From positions 838 to 64,837 of the forward strand of contig MIZA01000022.1 of the NCBI GenBank assembly GCA_001875345.1: a stretch of 64,000 bases of DNA. Direction: 5' to 3'. A program made the translations under genes and the position numbers. This document shows positions 42,636-53,066 of this stretch, piece after piece (within the stretch, counting starts at the first letter, position 1; every line of letters begins with the position of its first letter). The DNA comes from Marine Group III euryarchaeote CG-Epi1 (lineage in GTDB: Archaea; Thermoplasmatota; Poseidoniia; MGIII; CG-Epi1). The notes beneath the pieces were generated by a model, which was not told the DNA's origin, did not search any database, and worked only from the letters and a program-made list of their open reading frames with translations.

Positions 42636-45600
42636 TTAGTTATCGATCCGTATTCTTCGTCCAATAAATGCGACAATGAGTAAGGTGCTCAAACTTGCAA
42701 ACATTCCAATGCCTGAAAGAGAACCTCCTCCGGATGAAGATGCCTGTGAACTTACTACAAAACATGTCGAGACATCATCTAACTGCGGATAATTTGCTTC
42801 AGTTAAATAAACCTCGACACAATATACATCAGCATCTAAATCAATATGAATTTCATCAATAGCTTCAGAAAGGGATGAGGCTACAATCGAATATTCTTGC
42901 ACACTAATAACTTCGTTATTTGATGCGCGAGTGGTCGTTGCTTTGAGCGTGTAGTTAGTTGGTTCAACGGCGCAATTTATTGCGTAAGTAACTGTCACAT
43001 CATCTCCAACTTCATAGAATGGCATGTCAGTACTAACTGATAAATCTGAGAGTGCAACATCAGTACCGCAATTTTGAGAGCCTCTATTAGGTTCATCGTC
43101 AGGCCCAGTTGAAGGCGCGCAGAATTTGGAGAAATCTCCAACTCTTTTTACCGATGTTGATATATTCATACGATCATCTGAATCGTTTCGTGATTCTTTT
43201 CCAAGATAGAACTGGTCCTTCACAGGATCTGAGGCAATGTAACACTCTCCTCCGCCATCTTGGGAAACGTTCTTTTCAAGATCTTCAACAAGAACTGAAA
43301 TGCAGGCGTCTTCTTCCGAAAGGAAATCCATGGTGGTTAACAATGTGTGACACACATCGGTAATGTCCTCTGAATTGACCTGAGTGGCCCATTCTGACTT
43401 GATTCCTTCCAGTAAATGCGATGCATCGTCGACAACATATCCATTCCCATCTCCGGCTTCTTTAACTCCCCAAGCAACAACACCCATTTCCGTTGGTTCG
43501 CCTGTGTCAACGCCTCGATTTGTTTTTCGAATATAGACGTAGCCCTTGATTGGTTTGCGTGCTTTTTCTACCTCTTCATCTGATGAATCTCCATTTTTCT
43601 CTTCACCTTCAAAAATAGGGAAAATCCCGCTTTCAATCAATTCTTGCAATGTATTAGCTTTTTCAGTAAAATTTTCATTTTTGGAAAATGAATCTGAAGA
43701 TACTGAGACTAAAGTGATTCCATAATCTGAAAAATCATCGATGGGATATGTAGCATCGATCAATGCTTGCGAGGAGAGATCATCACCTGCGTCAACGATT
43801 ATCAGTTTACTCAGAGTGCCTTTTATCGGAACTCCATAATCGCTGCCATGGTGTCTTGCAGAGGCTTCTGCAGTAATGGCAACACCATAACTTCCGTATG
43901 ACTTTACGGAGACTGTAACCAATTTACCTGCAAAATTAAAATCTGTTACCGGTTCTTTTGAGTAATTTGTGAATTTGGAAAGAAGACGGACATCATCCCT
44001 GTTGATGTATGACAATGCAATGTGCTGAGGGACTGGTTGCGGGTCTGCGCAAAATGCTGATGGTTTAGCAATGTAGGTGGACTTGAGGCCTTCTCCGTCC
44101 GGGGTTTCGGAGATGTAATCTTTGTCAAATTTGACACTGCTCTCAAAATATCCTGTAATAATTGGAATTCCCTGCGGATCTAACGCCATGCCACTAAATG
44201 TTCGATAATACCAACCTGTAAAATCTTCAGTACCGTACCCGTCCACTCGCCCAGCCTGGCAAGCCCACATCCAATCAAGCTCTTGCGTAACGCCATCTGC
44301 TGAAAGAATTGGGTCACTGCTAGCTTTGGCCACAAAATAATTAGGTCCTTGCGGCGTATTAGGCAAATGGTCAAGGCCTAGGTAAAGATGGTTCACAAAC
44401 AATCCCATCACGTACAAATTATCACTACTGTCAAGAGTAATCGATCGAAGATAATCTGATGATCCAATGCCATCATTGTTTACGCCAGCAAATGAATCTG
44501 CAAACATCCAATCACCGTCGCTAGAAATTTTTGCCACGAACATGTCATAATCTCCGGTGCTGTAAAATCTGAGGCATTGATTAGTTGTGTAAGCTGTACT
44601 CTGAGGTGAGCAATTCTCACCAGGTGTTTCAAAACTCACATTATTAAGGTGATTTCCAGCAATCAAAGCATCATATTCACTATCAATAGCGATATCGCTG
44701 ATTCTATCTCTATTGAATCCTGTAATCCTGCGAACCCAATCCCAATCTCCTGTTAATGGATCAACTGTAGCAATGAATGCTTCCTCTCCCACAGAACTAG
44801 TTGCGCCGCTTGGGTGAGCATAATAATGGTCTGTGTAAGTTTGATGTCCTATTGTTCCACCCTGATAATATCCTCCCCCGACAAACAGTTTACTATTGTC
44901 TCTAACAGCAACTGCGTTAATCCACGTATCACATCCACCGGTTTGTTGAGTAAATCGATGATCTCCTCCTGTAGTGAACGCAGCAACAAATCCCATTTGT
45001 GCCTGTCCGGAGCATGTATTCAATACTCTATTCCAAATTTCGTTTCCGGATTTATCCACGCTAGAGAATGCAAGCGATTCACTGTATCGCCCTCCTATGT
45101 AGATACTGTTGTCTCCGTCGAATGCGATATCCCTCATGCCTGCCTTCATTCCCAAACCTTTACCGAGTTTTGCCCATTCCCAAGCACCTGCCGAGGAAAT
45201 CTTTGCAACAAATGGAGCAACTGTTGCATTCGAGGTGTAATTCAGTTCATCACCGAAATGTATGTTATATTGAATGAGGGACTGATTCTGGTCAACATCT
45301 CGTGTTTCCAATTGCCCTGTCACGAAGATTAACACATTTCCATTGCTGTCTTCATCTACGATAATGCCCTTTCCATAGTCATCACCGTTCCCACCTGCAT
45401 TAGCAAACCAAACGAGGTTTCCACTGGGGTTAAATTTTGCAACGTAGAGATTTTTCCCAGATTGCGATTGATCGCCTATGAATGCGCTGGAATCTTTGAT
45501 ATCGGGTCGCCCTTCTGTAGTGCCTACAATGTAGGAATTTCCCTGTGAATCCGTACCCATGTCATCCGATTCAATATTCATGCGATTAGAGAGAACAGAT

Positions 45601-45725
45601 GACCATTCCCAACTGGCTTCAATGGTTTGTGCGTTAGATGCGCTTCCTAATCCAATTGCCATTCCAAAATTCCCCATTAAGGGCGAAAGAAGCAAGCATA
45701 CTGTCAACAAGAAAACCTTGTACAT
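42636..45725 (-). CDS. Large secreted beta-propeller repeat (SBBP-like) protein with C-terminal TM anchor
   Basis: 1029 aa with a signal peptide. Recurrent D-x-x-G-N-x-Y-[IV]-x-G blades (DSQGNSYIVGTTEG, DSNGNVLIFVTGQ, DGDNSIYIGGRY, DSSDNLYVMGLF). C-terminal GIGMFASLSTLLIVAFIGRRIRIDN. Confidence 0.7.
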   Translation of the reverse strand: MYKVFLLTVCLLLSPLMGNFGMAIGLGSASNAQTIEASWEWSSVLSNRMNIESDDMGTDSQGNSYIVGTTEGRPDIKDSSAFIGDQSQSGKNLYVAKFNPSGNLVWFANAGGNGDDYGKGIIVDEDSNGNVLIFVTGQLETRDVDQNQSLIQYNIHFGDELNYTSNATVAPFVAKISSAGAWEWAKLGKGLGMKAGMRDIAFDGDNSIYIGGRYSESLAFSSVDKSGNEIWNRVLNTCSGQAQMGFVAAFTTGGDHRFTQQTGGCDTWINAVAVRDNSKLFVGGGYYQGGTIGHQTYTDHYYAHPSGATSSVGEEAFIATVDPLTGDWDWVRRITGFNRDRISDIAIDSEYDALIAGNHLNNVSFETPGENCSPQSTAYTTNQCLRFYSTGDYDMFVAKISSDGDWMFADSFAGVNNDGIGSSDYLRSITLDSSDNLYVMGLFVNHLYLGLDHLPNTPQGPNYFVAKASSDPILSADGVTQELDWMWACQAGRVDGYGTEDFTGWYYRTFSGMALDPQGIPIITGYFESSVKFDKDYISETPDGEGLKSTYIAKPSAFCADPQPVPQHIALSYINRDDVRLLSKFTNYSKEPVTDFNFAGKLVTVSVKSYGSYGVAITAEASARHHGSDYGVPIKGTLSKLIIVDAGDDLSSQALIDATYPIDDFSDYGITLVSVSSDSFSKNENFTEKANTLQELIESGIFPIFEGEEKNGDSSDEEVEKARKPIKGYVYIRKTNRGVDTGEPTEMGVVAWGVKEAGDGNGYVVDDASHLLEGIKSEWATQVNSEDITDVCHTLLTTMDFLSEEDACISVLVEDLEKNVSQDGGGECYIASDPVKDQFYLGKESRNDSDDRMNISTSVKRVGDFSKFCAPSTGPDDEPNRGSQNCGTDVALSDLSVSTDMPFYEVGDDVTVTYAINCAVEPTNYTLKATTTRASNNEVISVQEYSIVASSLSEAIDEIHIDLDADVYCVEVYLTEANYPQLDDVSTCFVVSSQASSSGGGSLSGIGMFASLSTLLIVAFIGRRIRIDN

Positions 45726-45749
45726 AACGGCACAGGTAAATTCTAATAT

Positions 45750-47207
45750 TTATTGATTTCTAAACGGTAGAAAAGATTTTGCTAATTTAATCTCGTTTTC
45801 ACCAATTAATTTTAGCTTGTAGGAAAGTGCTAAAAACATAATTGCAAACGAAATTATGGATAAAACTAAAGTTAAAGGATTGGATAATTCAAATGCTGAC
45901 AACAGAATAACAGGTAAAACAGATAATGCTGAAACTGATGCTATTTTCCACATCTCTTTTACTGGAAATGTTTCAAAGAAATTAGATTCTATAGTTGCTA
46001 GAGATCTATTCATAACCAGTATTGTCGATATCCAGGTTACCAATACAGTAGAAAATGGAATTCCTAACAATCGATTATCTCCTTCTAAAGTTGTCAATAA
46101 CCAATAACTCAAAATTATATTAACAATAGACATCGAAAGCGCTAACTTTAACAAAAATTTAGTTTGCCCACTTGCCATCAAAATCCAACCTAAATTAAGA
46201 GAATATGTCGGTACCAAAATCAGATAAATCATGAATATTGGAATCGAATCTCTGTAAGTTTCTGTAAACATTGTTAATATCAATGGTTCCGCAATAAAAA
46301 TTAGTAAAATCGTTGCAGGTAAAAATACGAACGCCAATTTACTGATACTATTTTGATACAGTTCTTTGATTTCAGATAAATTTCCATCCTTGTGTGCCTT
46401 TGACATCATTGGCGTAACAACTTGAGACGCCGACTGAGTTATCCATCCGAAAATAGGCGCCCAGAGTGAACCTAAATAGTAAACCGCAAACACTGAACTT
46501 GAGAAAAATAAACCTACCAAGTACTTGTCAACGTTCACGTTTATGACGTAAACCATTGCCGTCAAACCTACTGGTATTCCGTAAGCCAATTGTTCCTTAA
46601 GATAAGAGGTTCCTGAAATTTCCTTTGTTAAATATGTTGAATATACGTGAAACAAGACCATTACAACTTTTAGAGAGGCTGCAAAAATAATTCCATGTAA
46701 TATTCCGAGAGTTGTTGGATTTAGCCACGCTGCAGTAGGAAGGATTGCGATATCTATTACTGTAAAAAATATCATTGACCACATTGCCGTAGAAGTTTTT
46801 CCCTCTAGAATTAACAAATTCTGAATAGGCATTACAAATATCATTAATGAGGTGTAAATTCCTAATAAAATTAGATACTCTTTCAAATGATGGTTATCAA
46901 TGATTTGGGACCCTAGCCAAAACAAACTCATTACAATTAAAGCTGAAAAAAGTAAAATCATCCACGTTTGTCTGACTAATAGAGGGTGCTCACCCATCTC
47001 TTTTCTTGGATAATAATAGAGAAGTGATTGTGGCATTCCAAACAGTAATATTGCTTGAACTATCGTGTAAATCATCACTAATTGCTGATAGGATCCGTAA
47101 TCTTCTTTCAATAAAATACGTGTCAAAAAGAATGGAATTAAGAGACTTAAAAGAAAAGAAGATGCTCTTCCGTAGATGAGCATTATGATTTTTCGCGACG
47201 GTTCCAT
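45750..47207 (-). CDS. Polysaccharide/oligosaccharide flippase (Wzx/MOP superfamily)
   Basis: 485 aa, about 12-14 TM segments. The N-terminal pattern (GRASSFLLSLLIPFFLTRILLKEDYGSYQQ) is typical of polysaccharide biosynthesis (PST) proteins. Confidence 0.7.
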   Translation of the reverse strand: MEPSRKIIMLIYGRASSFLLSLLIPFFLTRILLKEDYGSYQQLVMIYTIVQAILLFGMPQSLLYYYPRKEMGEHPLLVRQTWMILLFSALIVMSLFWLGSQIIDNHHLKEYLILLGIYTSLMIFVMPIQNLLILEGKTSTAMWSMIFFTVIDIAILPTAAWLNPTTLGILHGIIFAASLKVVMVLFHVYSTYLTKEISGTSYLKEQLAYGIPVGLTAMVYVINVNVDKYLVGLFFSSSVFAVYYLGSLWAPIFGWITQSASQVVTPMMSKAHKDGNLSEIKELYQNSISKLAFVFLPATILLIFIAEPLILTMFTETYRDSIPIFMIYLILVPTYSLNLGWILMASGQTKFLLKLALSMSIVNIILSYWLLTTLEGDNRLLGIPFSTVLVTWISTILVMNRSLATIESNFFETFPVKEMWKIASVSALSVLPVILLSAFELSNPLTLVLSIISFAIMFLALSYKLKLIGENEIKLAKSFLPFRNQ

Positions 47208-47266
47208 CTATTTTTTGAGAAAGGAGTAGGTTATAAACTCACATGTTATGGATTTAATATTCATTT

Positions 47267-48340
47267 ATGGGTTCTAAACTGCGCATCGCTGTAGTCGCTA
47301 ATGCAAATAGCATTCATACAATCAGGTGGGTAAAATGGCTACGCAAAAAGAAACACGAAGTGACTGTTTTTTCATTAAATGAAGGGGAAGATTGCGTTTA
47401 TTTTGGACCTGAACCGGCTCTTGACCGAAGTTTGATTTTTAATCTTGGAAAAAATGTTAGAAAAACAACGAGTGAGTTACAGGCAAAAATTGATGAGTTT
47501 AAACCTGATCTTGTCCACGGCTTTTTTCTAGTCAATCATGGAATGTATGCCTCGAGAATCAAAGGCTATCCCAAGGTGGTAACTGCGTTAGGATCAGATG
47601 TATTAATAGCTCCAAACGAATCTAAATTAATGTCGTGGATTGTTAAAAAGACCGTGAAAGATTCTGATTTAATTATTTCCGTAGCTGACCACCTTAATAG
47701 CGTTGTATCGCCTTGGAAAAAGAATCATGTAGAAAGTATTAGCTCTCCTCTAGGTATAGATGTTAAGAAATTTAAGCCTTTGAAAAAAGAAAATCTTATC
47801 GTTTTTAATCGAGGATTCAAGAAAGTTTACTCTCCGCTAACACTTGTTGAGGCAATCTCTGAAATTTCAGATGAGATTAAGGATTACAAGGTAATTATGT
47901 GTGGGGAAGGACCATTGCTCGAAGCATGTAAAAATTATGTAAATAAACAATCCTTAAATGATTTAATTTCGTTCTCAGGATTTATTCCAAATGAGGACCT
48001 TGTTGACCTATTAGGTCGAGCAAAAATATTGGTTTCACCTGCATTAAGCGATGGAACGCCTGTTTCAATTCTTGAAGGACTTGCTTCTGGATGTATTATT
48101 CTTTCAAGTCAAATTCCTGCGAATAAATTTTGGACTGTGGAAAATAAGACAGGTTTAAGTTTTGATGCAAAAAATAGTTTGCAACTATCGGATTGTATTC
48201 TTAAAGCTGTAAATGACAAAAGTATTGAGCAGAATGCACTGATTCATGGTCCAGAGATGGTTGAAAAATATGCTGACTGGAATACTGAAATGTTACGGAT
48301 TGAAGAAAAATACTATAATTTAGTTAAAATTGCAAAATAA
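47267..48340 (+). CDS. Glycosyltransferase family 4/1 (GT-B)
   Basis: 357 aa. The N-terminus KLRIAVVANANSIHTIRWVKWL is typical of GT4. The C-terminal half has SPALSDGTPVSILEGLASGCIIL. Confidence 0.75.
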   Translation: MGSKLRIAVVANANSIHTIRWVKWLRKKKHEVTVFSLNEGEDCVYFGPEPALDRSLIFNLGKNVRKTTSELQAKIDEFKPDLVHGFFLVNHGMYASRIKGYPKVVTALGSDVLIAPNESKLMSWIVKKTVKDSDLIISVADHLNSVVSPWKKNHVESISSPLGIDVKKFKPLKKENLIVFNRGFKKVYSPLTLVEAISEISDEIKDYKVIMCGEGPLLEACKNYVNKQSLNDLISFSGFIPNEDLVDLLGRAKILVSPALSDGTPVSILEGLASGCIILSSQIPANKFWTVENKTGLSFDAKNSLQLSDCILKAVNDKSIEQNALIHGPEMVEKYADWNTEMLRIEEKYYNLVKIAK

Positions 48341-48373
48341 GTTAATACCCTCTCTCCTTGAATATTTAATCGT

Positions 48374-50479
48374 ATGAGTAAAGTTAGGACCTCTGCATAT
48401 CGCCAAACTCCTACTCCTGAAGGTCTAAAAGCTATTGAAAATGGAACTCTCGATTACTTTGATACCGAAATGTATGCTAACTTCAATACTGAAGTTCTAG
48501 AAGAATATCTAGAAGAAAAAAATAGAGGAGATGGCTTTGGTACAACCAAATGGAAATGGAACCAAATGTTACTAGGATTAGGTATCGGTATTATTTTTGC
48601 TATAATAAATCAGTATGTCGGGCTAAAAGTTGGAATGATTGTATCCGGATCATGGTACGTTGCCTACCTTTCTGCAATGGCGTTAAGGTGGACTCCTGGA
48701 GAAGTTAATCTTTCGGCATCGGCATCTACAGGTGCATCGATGGTTTGTACTGGATTTGTGTTTACTTATCCTGCAATTTATTTGTTAGCTTATTCTCCAA
48801 AATATGAGATGAATGGGGAGCAACTAATTGATTCCTCATTACTACTGCCTGACTCGTGGGCTCTGGCTGGAGTTGCAATGGTTGCCTCTATATTGGGTGG
48901 ATTCCTTGGATGTTTATACTTCATAATTTTTAGAAGAGTTTGGTTGGTGGAAGACCCACTACCTTTGCCTGGCTTTGAAGCAAATATCAAATTAATGGAT
49001 ATTGCCGGAGAGACTGCCAAAGAAGGTGGAATGGAGAGTGCTATGCATTCTATTCGTTTAGTTGGTATTTCAACAGCAATTGTTATGTTTTTCACATTTT
49101 TGAGAGATTGGCCATTATTAGGAACCGGTTCTAACGACGCTGCCGGAGAGGAAATCAAAACTTCTGTTCTAAGTTCTGCACTAGAAGGAACTGAATGGTA
49201 TGATGGTGGAGATTTGACTGTTCCTATGAGTAATTCCTTGACAAACTACACATGGCTTGGATTTGGATTAACTCCAATGATGATTGCTATTGGATGGTTC
49301 ATGAAATTTAGAGTTGCTCTCTTAGTCAGTTTGGGAACATTCTTCACATGGTTTGTAGTTACTCCATTAGCATATCAATACGATTATCCTTTCTATTATC
49401 CACTAGATGGTAACTATCATTCGATCAGCCAATATTCTCCAATGGGATCTATCATGTCATACAGTTATGTTGCAAGACCTATGGCAATTGGAGCAATTTT
49501 AGGCGGCGGAATTACTGGATTATTGAAAATGGCACCTGTGTTCAGAACTACCGCTTCTGACGTAATTGATATTTTCAAAGGAGAAGGTGATGATGCTTCT
49601 AGAAAAGATTACGTAAAAGGAAAAGGATGGTACGAATGGCCAATTAGTCACATTCCTGTTTTACTTCTTGTTTCTCTTGTAGGAATAACAATTACTTTTG
49701 CAACTCAATTTGGATTTTTAGCATCTTTTATTTTTTCTTTAGTTTTGTGTTTGACTACTTTTGCACTAGGTGCAATTGCAGTGAAGGTAATGGGTGAAAC
49801 TAGTATAGAACCTGTGTCTGGAACTAGCTTTATTGTCCTGTTAATGCTTGTTTTAGTTTTCAAAGCAATTGGGCTAAACGAAAGCGATACTGCAATTCTT
49901 GCATTGGTAGGAACAACCGTTTTTGGAGGTGCAATCTCAATGTCTGGTACTGTAATTGGTGATTACAAACCTGGGTTATATGTTGGAAATCGACCAATGC
50001 ATATTATGAAAACCGAATTAGTAGGAATTGTTCCTGGAACTATTGTTGCTGCTCTTTTTGCTGGCCTACTTTCGCTTGCTTTAGCAAGAGGAGACTTAAT
50101 CTTGTATGCTCCTCAAGCAAATGCCTTTGCTGCTTTTGCACAAATTATGTTAGGAGGTCAAACTCCATGGGGGTTGTTGGCCGTTGGTATTGTTATTGGA
50201 GTATTCATGGAACTGCTTACTGGAATGGGAACTGCTTTTGGACTTGGAATGTATTTACCAATGGTAGTTACACTCCCAATGGTTGTTGGCGGGGCATTGA
50301 GAGATTATTGGGAAGCTCGATTCCTCGATGTAGCCGTTGAAAAAGAGGGATTGAGTGAGAAACAAAGAACTATGAGATTGCTAAACACTTACATGATCGC
50401 AACTGGGTGTATTGTAGGTGAAGCTCTACTAGGAACTTTCTTAGCTATTTACTATGTTCTTCCTCTAGTAACAGGATAA
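48374..50479 (+). CDS. OPT-family oligopeptide transporter
   Basis: 701 aa, about 16 TM segments. IINQYVGLKVGMIVSGS near the N-terminus and GETSIEPVSGTS resemble prokaryotic OPT-family proteins. Confidence 0.65.
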   Translation: MSKVRTSAYRQTPTPEGLKAIENGTLDYFDTEMYANFNTEVLEEYLEEKNRGDGFGTTKWKWNQMLLGLGIGIIFAIINQYVGLKVGMIVSGSWYVAYLSAMALRWTPGEVNLSASASTGASMVCTGFVFTYPAIYLLAYSPKYEMNGEQLIDSSLLLPDSWALAGVAMVASILGGFLGCLYFIIFRRVWLVEDPLPLPGFEANIKLMDIAGETAKEGGMESAMHSIRLVGISTAIVMFFTFLRDWPLLGTGSNDAAGEEIKTSVLSSALEGTEWYDGGDLTVPMSNSLTNYTWLGFGLTPMMIAIGWFMKFRVALLVSLGTFFTWFVVTPLAYQYDYPFYYPLDGNYHSISQYSPMGSIMSYSYVARPMAIGAILGGGITGLLKMAPVFRTTASDVIDIFKGEGDDASRKDYVKGKGWYEWPISHIPVLLLVSLVGITITFATQFGFLASFIFSLVLCLTTFALGAIAVKVMGETSIEPVSGTSFIVLLMLVLVFKAIGLNESDTAILALVGTTVFGGAISMSGTVIGDYKPGLYVGNRPMHIMKTELVGIVPGTIVAALFAGLLSLALARGDLILYAPQANAFAAFAQIMLGGQTPWGLLAVGIVIGVFMELLTGMGTAFGLGMYLPMVVTLPMVVGGALRDYWEARFLDVAVEKEGLSEKQRTMRLLNTYMIATGCIVGEALLGTFLAIYYVLPLVTG

Positions 50480-50482
50480 ATA

Positions 50483-52582
50483 ATGGATATTGCAGTAATA
50501 CTTTCTTTCATATTTTTTATGTCTATTTTTGCAGGGGTTGGACTTGCTTCTGTTAGAGTAAAAAAAGATACAACTGATGATTATTTGGTTGCAGGTAGAG
50601 GCATGAGTCCTCCTCTCGCTGCATTATCTGCAGTTAGTACTTGGAATTCTGGATATATGTTCATTGGTTTCATCGGGTTTACCTATACTCTAGGATATCC
50701 TGTTGCATTTTTGGCTTTCATGTCAACTATCGGACAGTTTGTTGCATGGATGTGGTTGTACAAGTTTATACAGAAAGAAGGAAACGAAAGAGGTGTTCGC
50801 TCACTATCCTCGCTGGTTGCAGAAAAAGCAGGAGCGCCTGAAGCTAAACTTGCAGGAGTATTATCTGTTTTATTCTTGAGTATTTACGCTGCAGCTCAGC
50901 TTACCTCTGGGGGAAAAGCCCTCTTCGTAATGATGGGGTGGCCTGAGGTTATTGGAATCTTAATCGGATTTGTGTTAGTTGTAGCTTACTGTTATGCTGG
51001 AGGAATTAGGGCTTCAATTTGGACAGATGCTGCACAATCATGTGTTATGCTTGTTGGCTCAACGATATTGTGCTGGATTAGTATCCAGGAAGTAGGTGGT
51101 TTTTCTGGACTTAAGGATGGTCTAAATCAACAAGATCCAGCTTTGACTAATTTCTTACCTCCAGATTTAATGTTCGGACTAACTCTTTGGATTGCTGCTT
51201 TCTTTCTAGGCGGATTGAGTGTTGCTGGACAGCCTCAGGTAGTTTCAAGAGTTATGACTTTGGGAGATGATAAAGATCGAAGAGAAGCTATGATTTGGTT
51301 TTTCGTTTGGCAAACACCTTTCATTGTTCTAATGTTGATTATCGGCCTTGCTAGTCGAGTACTATTTACTGAGAGTGATTTTGATGCTGAACTTGGCTTA
51401 CCTATGATGGCTATGGAAACCATGCCTGCAATAGGAGTTGGAATGATTTTAGCGTCAATTTTTGCAGCTACGATGTCAACTGCTGATAGTCAGGTTTTAG
51501 CTTGTACGGCCGCAATTACTGACGACATTAAACCTGAGTGGAATCAAGATCATAAAACAACAAAGCAGGTTACGATTGCTGTAGCTGCTTTTGCTACTCT
51601 GATTTCAATTGGTGGTTTGTATGTTCCGGGTGGAGATTCTGTTTTTCAACTAGTCGTATTTGCAGTATATGGCCTAGGAGGCGTTTTTGTTCCTCTTCTT
51701 ATCATTCGATGGGCAGGTTACAAACCCGACACTACTCATTCTGTATCGATGATGGTTGCTGCATTTAGTGGCGTTTTCATTTGGACTGTTTTAGGACTAG
51801 ATGGAGCCGACGGAGTATTTCCTTCTGTTCCAGGAATGGGTGCTGCATTTGCTACACACTTTACATTAAATTACATTAGAAGTCCAAAAATTGCTCCTCT
51901 GGGACGATTCAAATTGCCTAAAAAAAGCCAGTATGGTGCTGTTGCTGCAGCAATTTTGATTCCATTTGGAGCTGCCGAAGCCGTATATCTAGTTGGAGCG
52001 CCAGAATCAACTGAAGGTAGTGGTGGTGTTGGAAATTATTCTATTTCTGGAGATATCTCTTATGAAATGCTAGGAAATAATACTGAATATGTTAACGACG
52101 GTGAAACTATCCTAATAGATCTAAATACCAATAATATCCAATGGACTTCTGATAATCGAAATGTTGTTGGAGTTAGAGTTTTACTTACATACAGTGAGGA
52201 TGAAACTAGTAACGGGGCTGGATGTGCTGCTCCTGGTGCTTCCCAACCTGATCCAGATACAATTACTGGAACTGTAACTCATGATGATTTTAATGGAACT
52301 GAGAGTGGACAAAATCAGGGACAAGGTAGTTCGTCTCATGAAATTTTAGTTGAATGGTACAATTCTTCCTTGTATTTTTCAGGCAACGCTACAAACATGT
52401 CTGAATCTGAAATTAAAAATGAGCTCGATTCAATGGGTGCCGGATTGGGTGCTTATTTTCTAGAAATAAATGTGGAAGCGGAAAGTGGAAATGCTCTTGG
52501 ATGTAACCATACTGACAATGGTGAAGAAGTCGAATATTTAGTTGAAGTCGTGCTCCTTGACTATGAAATTACGCCTGCTTAA
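50483..52582 (+). CDS. Sodium:solute symporter (SSS) family transporter with ~200-aa C-terminal extracytoplasmic domain
   Basis: 699 aa. DYLVAGRGMSPPLAALSAVSTWNSGYMFIG and a 13-14 TM core typical of the SSF family. After the last TM (AAAILIPFGAAEAVYLVG) comes a soluble Asn/Ser/Thr-rich domain with many NxS/T sequons. Confidence 0.75.
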   Translation: MDIAVILSFIFFMSIFAGVGLASVRVKKDTTDDYLVAGRGMSPPLAALSAVSTWNSGYMFIGFIGFTYTLGYPVAFLAFMSTIGQFVAWMWLYKFIQKEGNERGVRSLSSLVAEKAGAPEAKLAGVLSVLFLSIYAAAQLTSGGKALFVMMGWPEVIGILIGFVLVVAYCYAGGIRASIWTDAAQSCVMLVGSTILCWISIQEVGGFSGLKDGLNQQDPALTNFLPPDLMFGLTLWIAAFFLGGLSVAGQPQVVSRVMTLGDDKDRREAMIWFFVWQTPFIVLMLIIGLASRVLFTESDFDAELGLPMMAMETMPAIGVGMILASIFAATMSTADSQVLACTAAITDDIKPEWNQDHKTTKQVTIAVAAFATLISIGGLYVPGGDSVFQLVVFAVYGLGGVFVPLLIIRWAGYKPDTTHSVSMMVAAFSGVFIWTVLGLDGADGVFPSVPGMGAAFATHFTLNYIRSPKIAPLGRFKLPKKSQYGAVAAAILIPFGAAEAVYLVGAPESTEGSGGVGNYSISGDISYEMLGNNTEYVNDGETILIDLNTNNIQWTSDNRNVVGVRVLLTYSEDETSNGAGCAAPGASQPDPDTITGTVTHDDFNGTESGQNQGQGSSSHEILVEWYNSSLYFSGNATNMSESEIKNELDSMGAGLGAYFLEINVEAESGNALGCNHTDNGEEVEYLVEVVLLDYEITPA

Positions 52583-52635
52583 TCGCTAGGCTAAGTATCT
52601 TATAAGGCCCCAGCTTGAAACTGTAGGGATAATTA

Positions 52636-53061
52636 ATGGCAAAGGAAGAATATGAAACTCCGCTTATTGATGTTTACAACCGAACTCACATGGATGCACT
52701 CCATGAGGACGGAAGCTGGTATCACCGATATTTACCAGAGGGCGTTTTCCTAGAAGACTTAGGACAAATTATAGAAGAGGAATTGATCAAGGCCTATAAC
52801 GAAGTAGAAAGAGAGGCTGATGAATTCTTTGAGAAACAAATTAGAGAACGCTTTGAGAAGATATTTGCACAAGCAAATCCAAAAGATCTTCGTGGACTGT
52901 TACCAAAGAAACCGCCTGTTAACTGGGCAGAATTACCTGTAGAAATTCAACGCGAAATGCAAATTATGCATGATAACGCAGATAGTGAAGGCATTACAGA
53001 GAGAACATTGAAAAAGAGGGTTCGACAATACCTTGTTGACCAATTTATCATAGACGAGTGA
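52636..53061 (+). CDS. Hypothetical charged helical protein, first gene of the KaiC-like operon
   Basis: 141 aa, E/K/R-rich, no recognised motif. Ends 5 nt before the next gene. Confidence 0.55.
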   Translation: MAKEEYETPLIDVYNRTHMDALHEDGSWYHRYLPEGVFLEDLGQIIEEELIKAYNEVEREADEFFEKQIRERFEKIFAQANPKDLRGLLPKKPPVNWAELPVEIQREMQIMHDNADSEGITERTLKKRVRQYLVDQFIIDE

Positions 53062-53066
53062 TTTAA

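Noticed and set aside
44814-45332. 172-aa plus-strand ORF inside the 1029-aa beta-propeller gene.
   Set aside because: It is antisense to a long ORF that has a signal peptide, repeats and an anchor. Its product is Cys/Ser-rich with no start context, so it is a likely shadow ORF.
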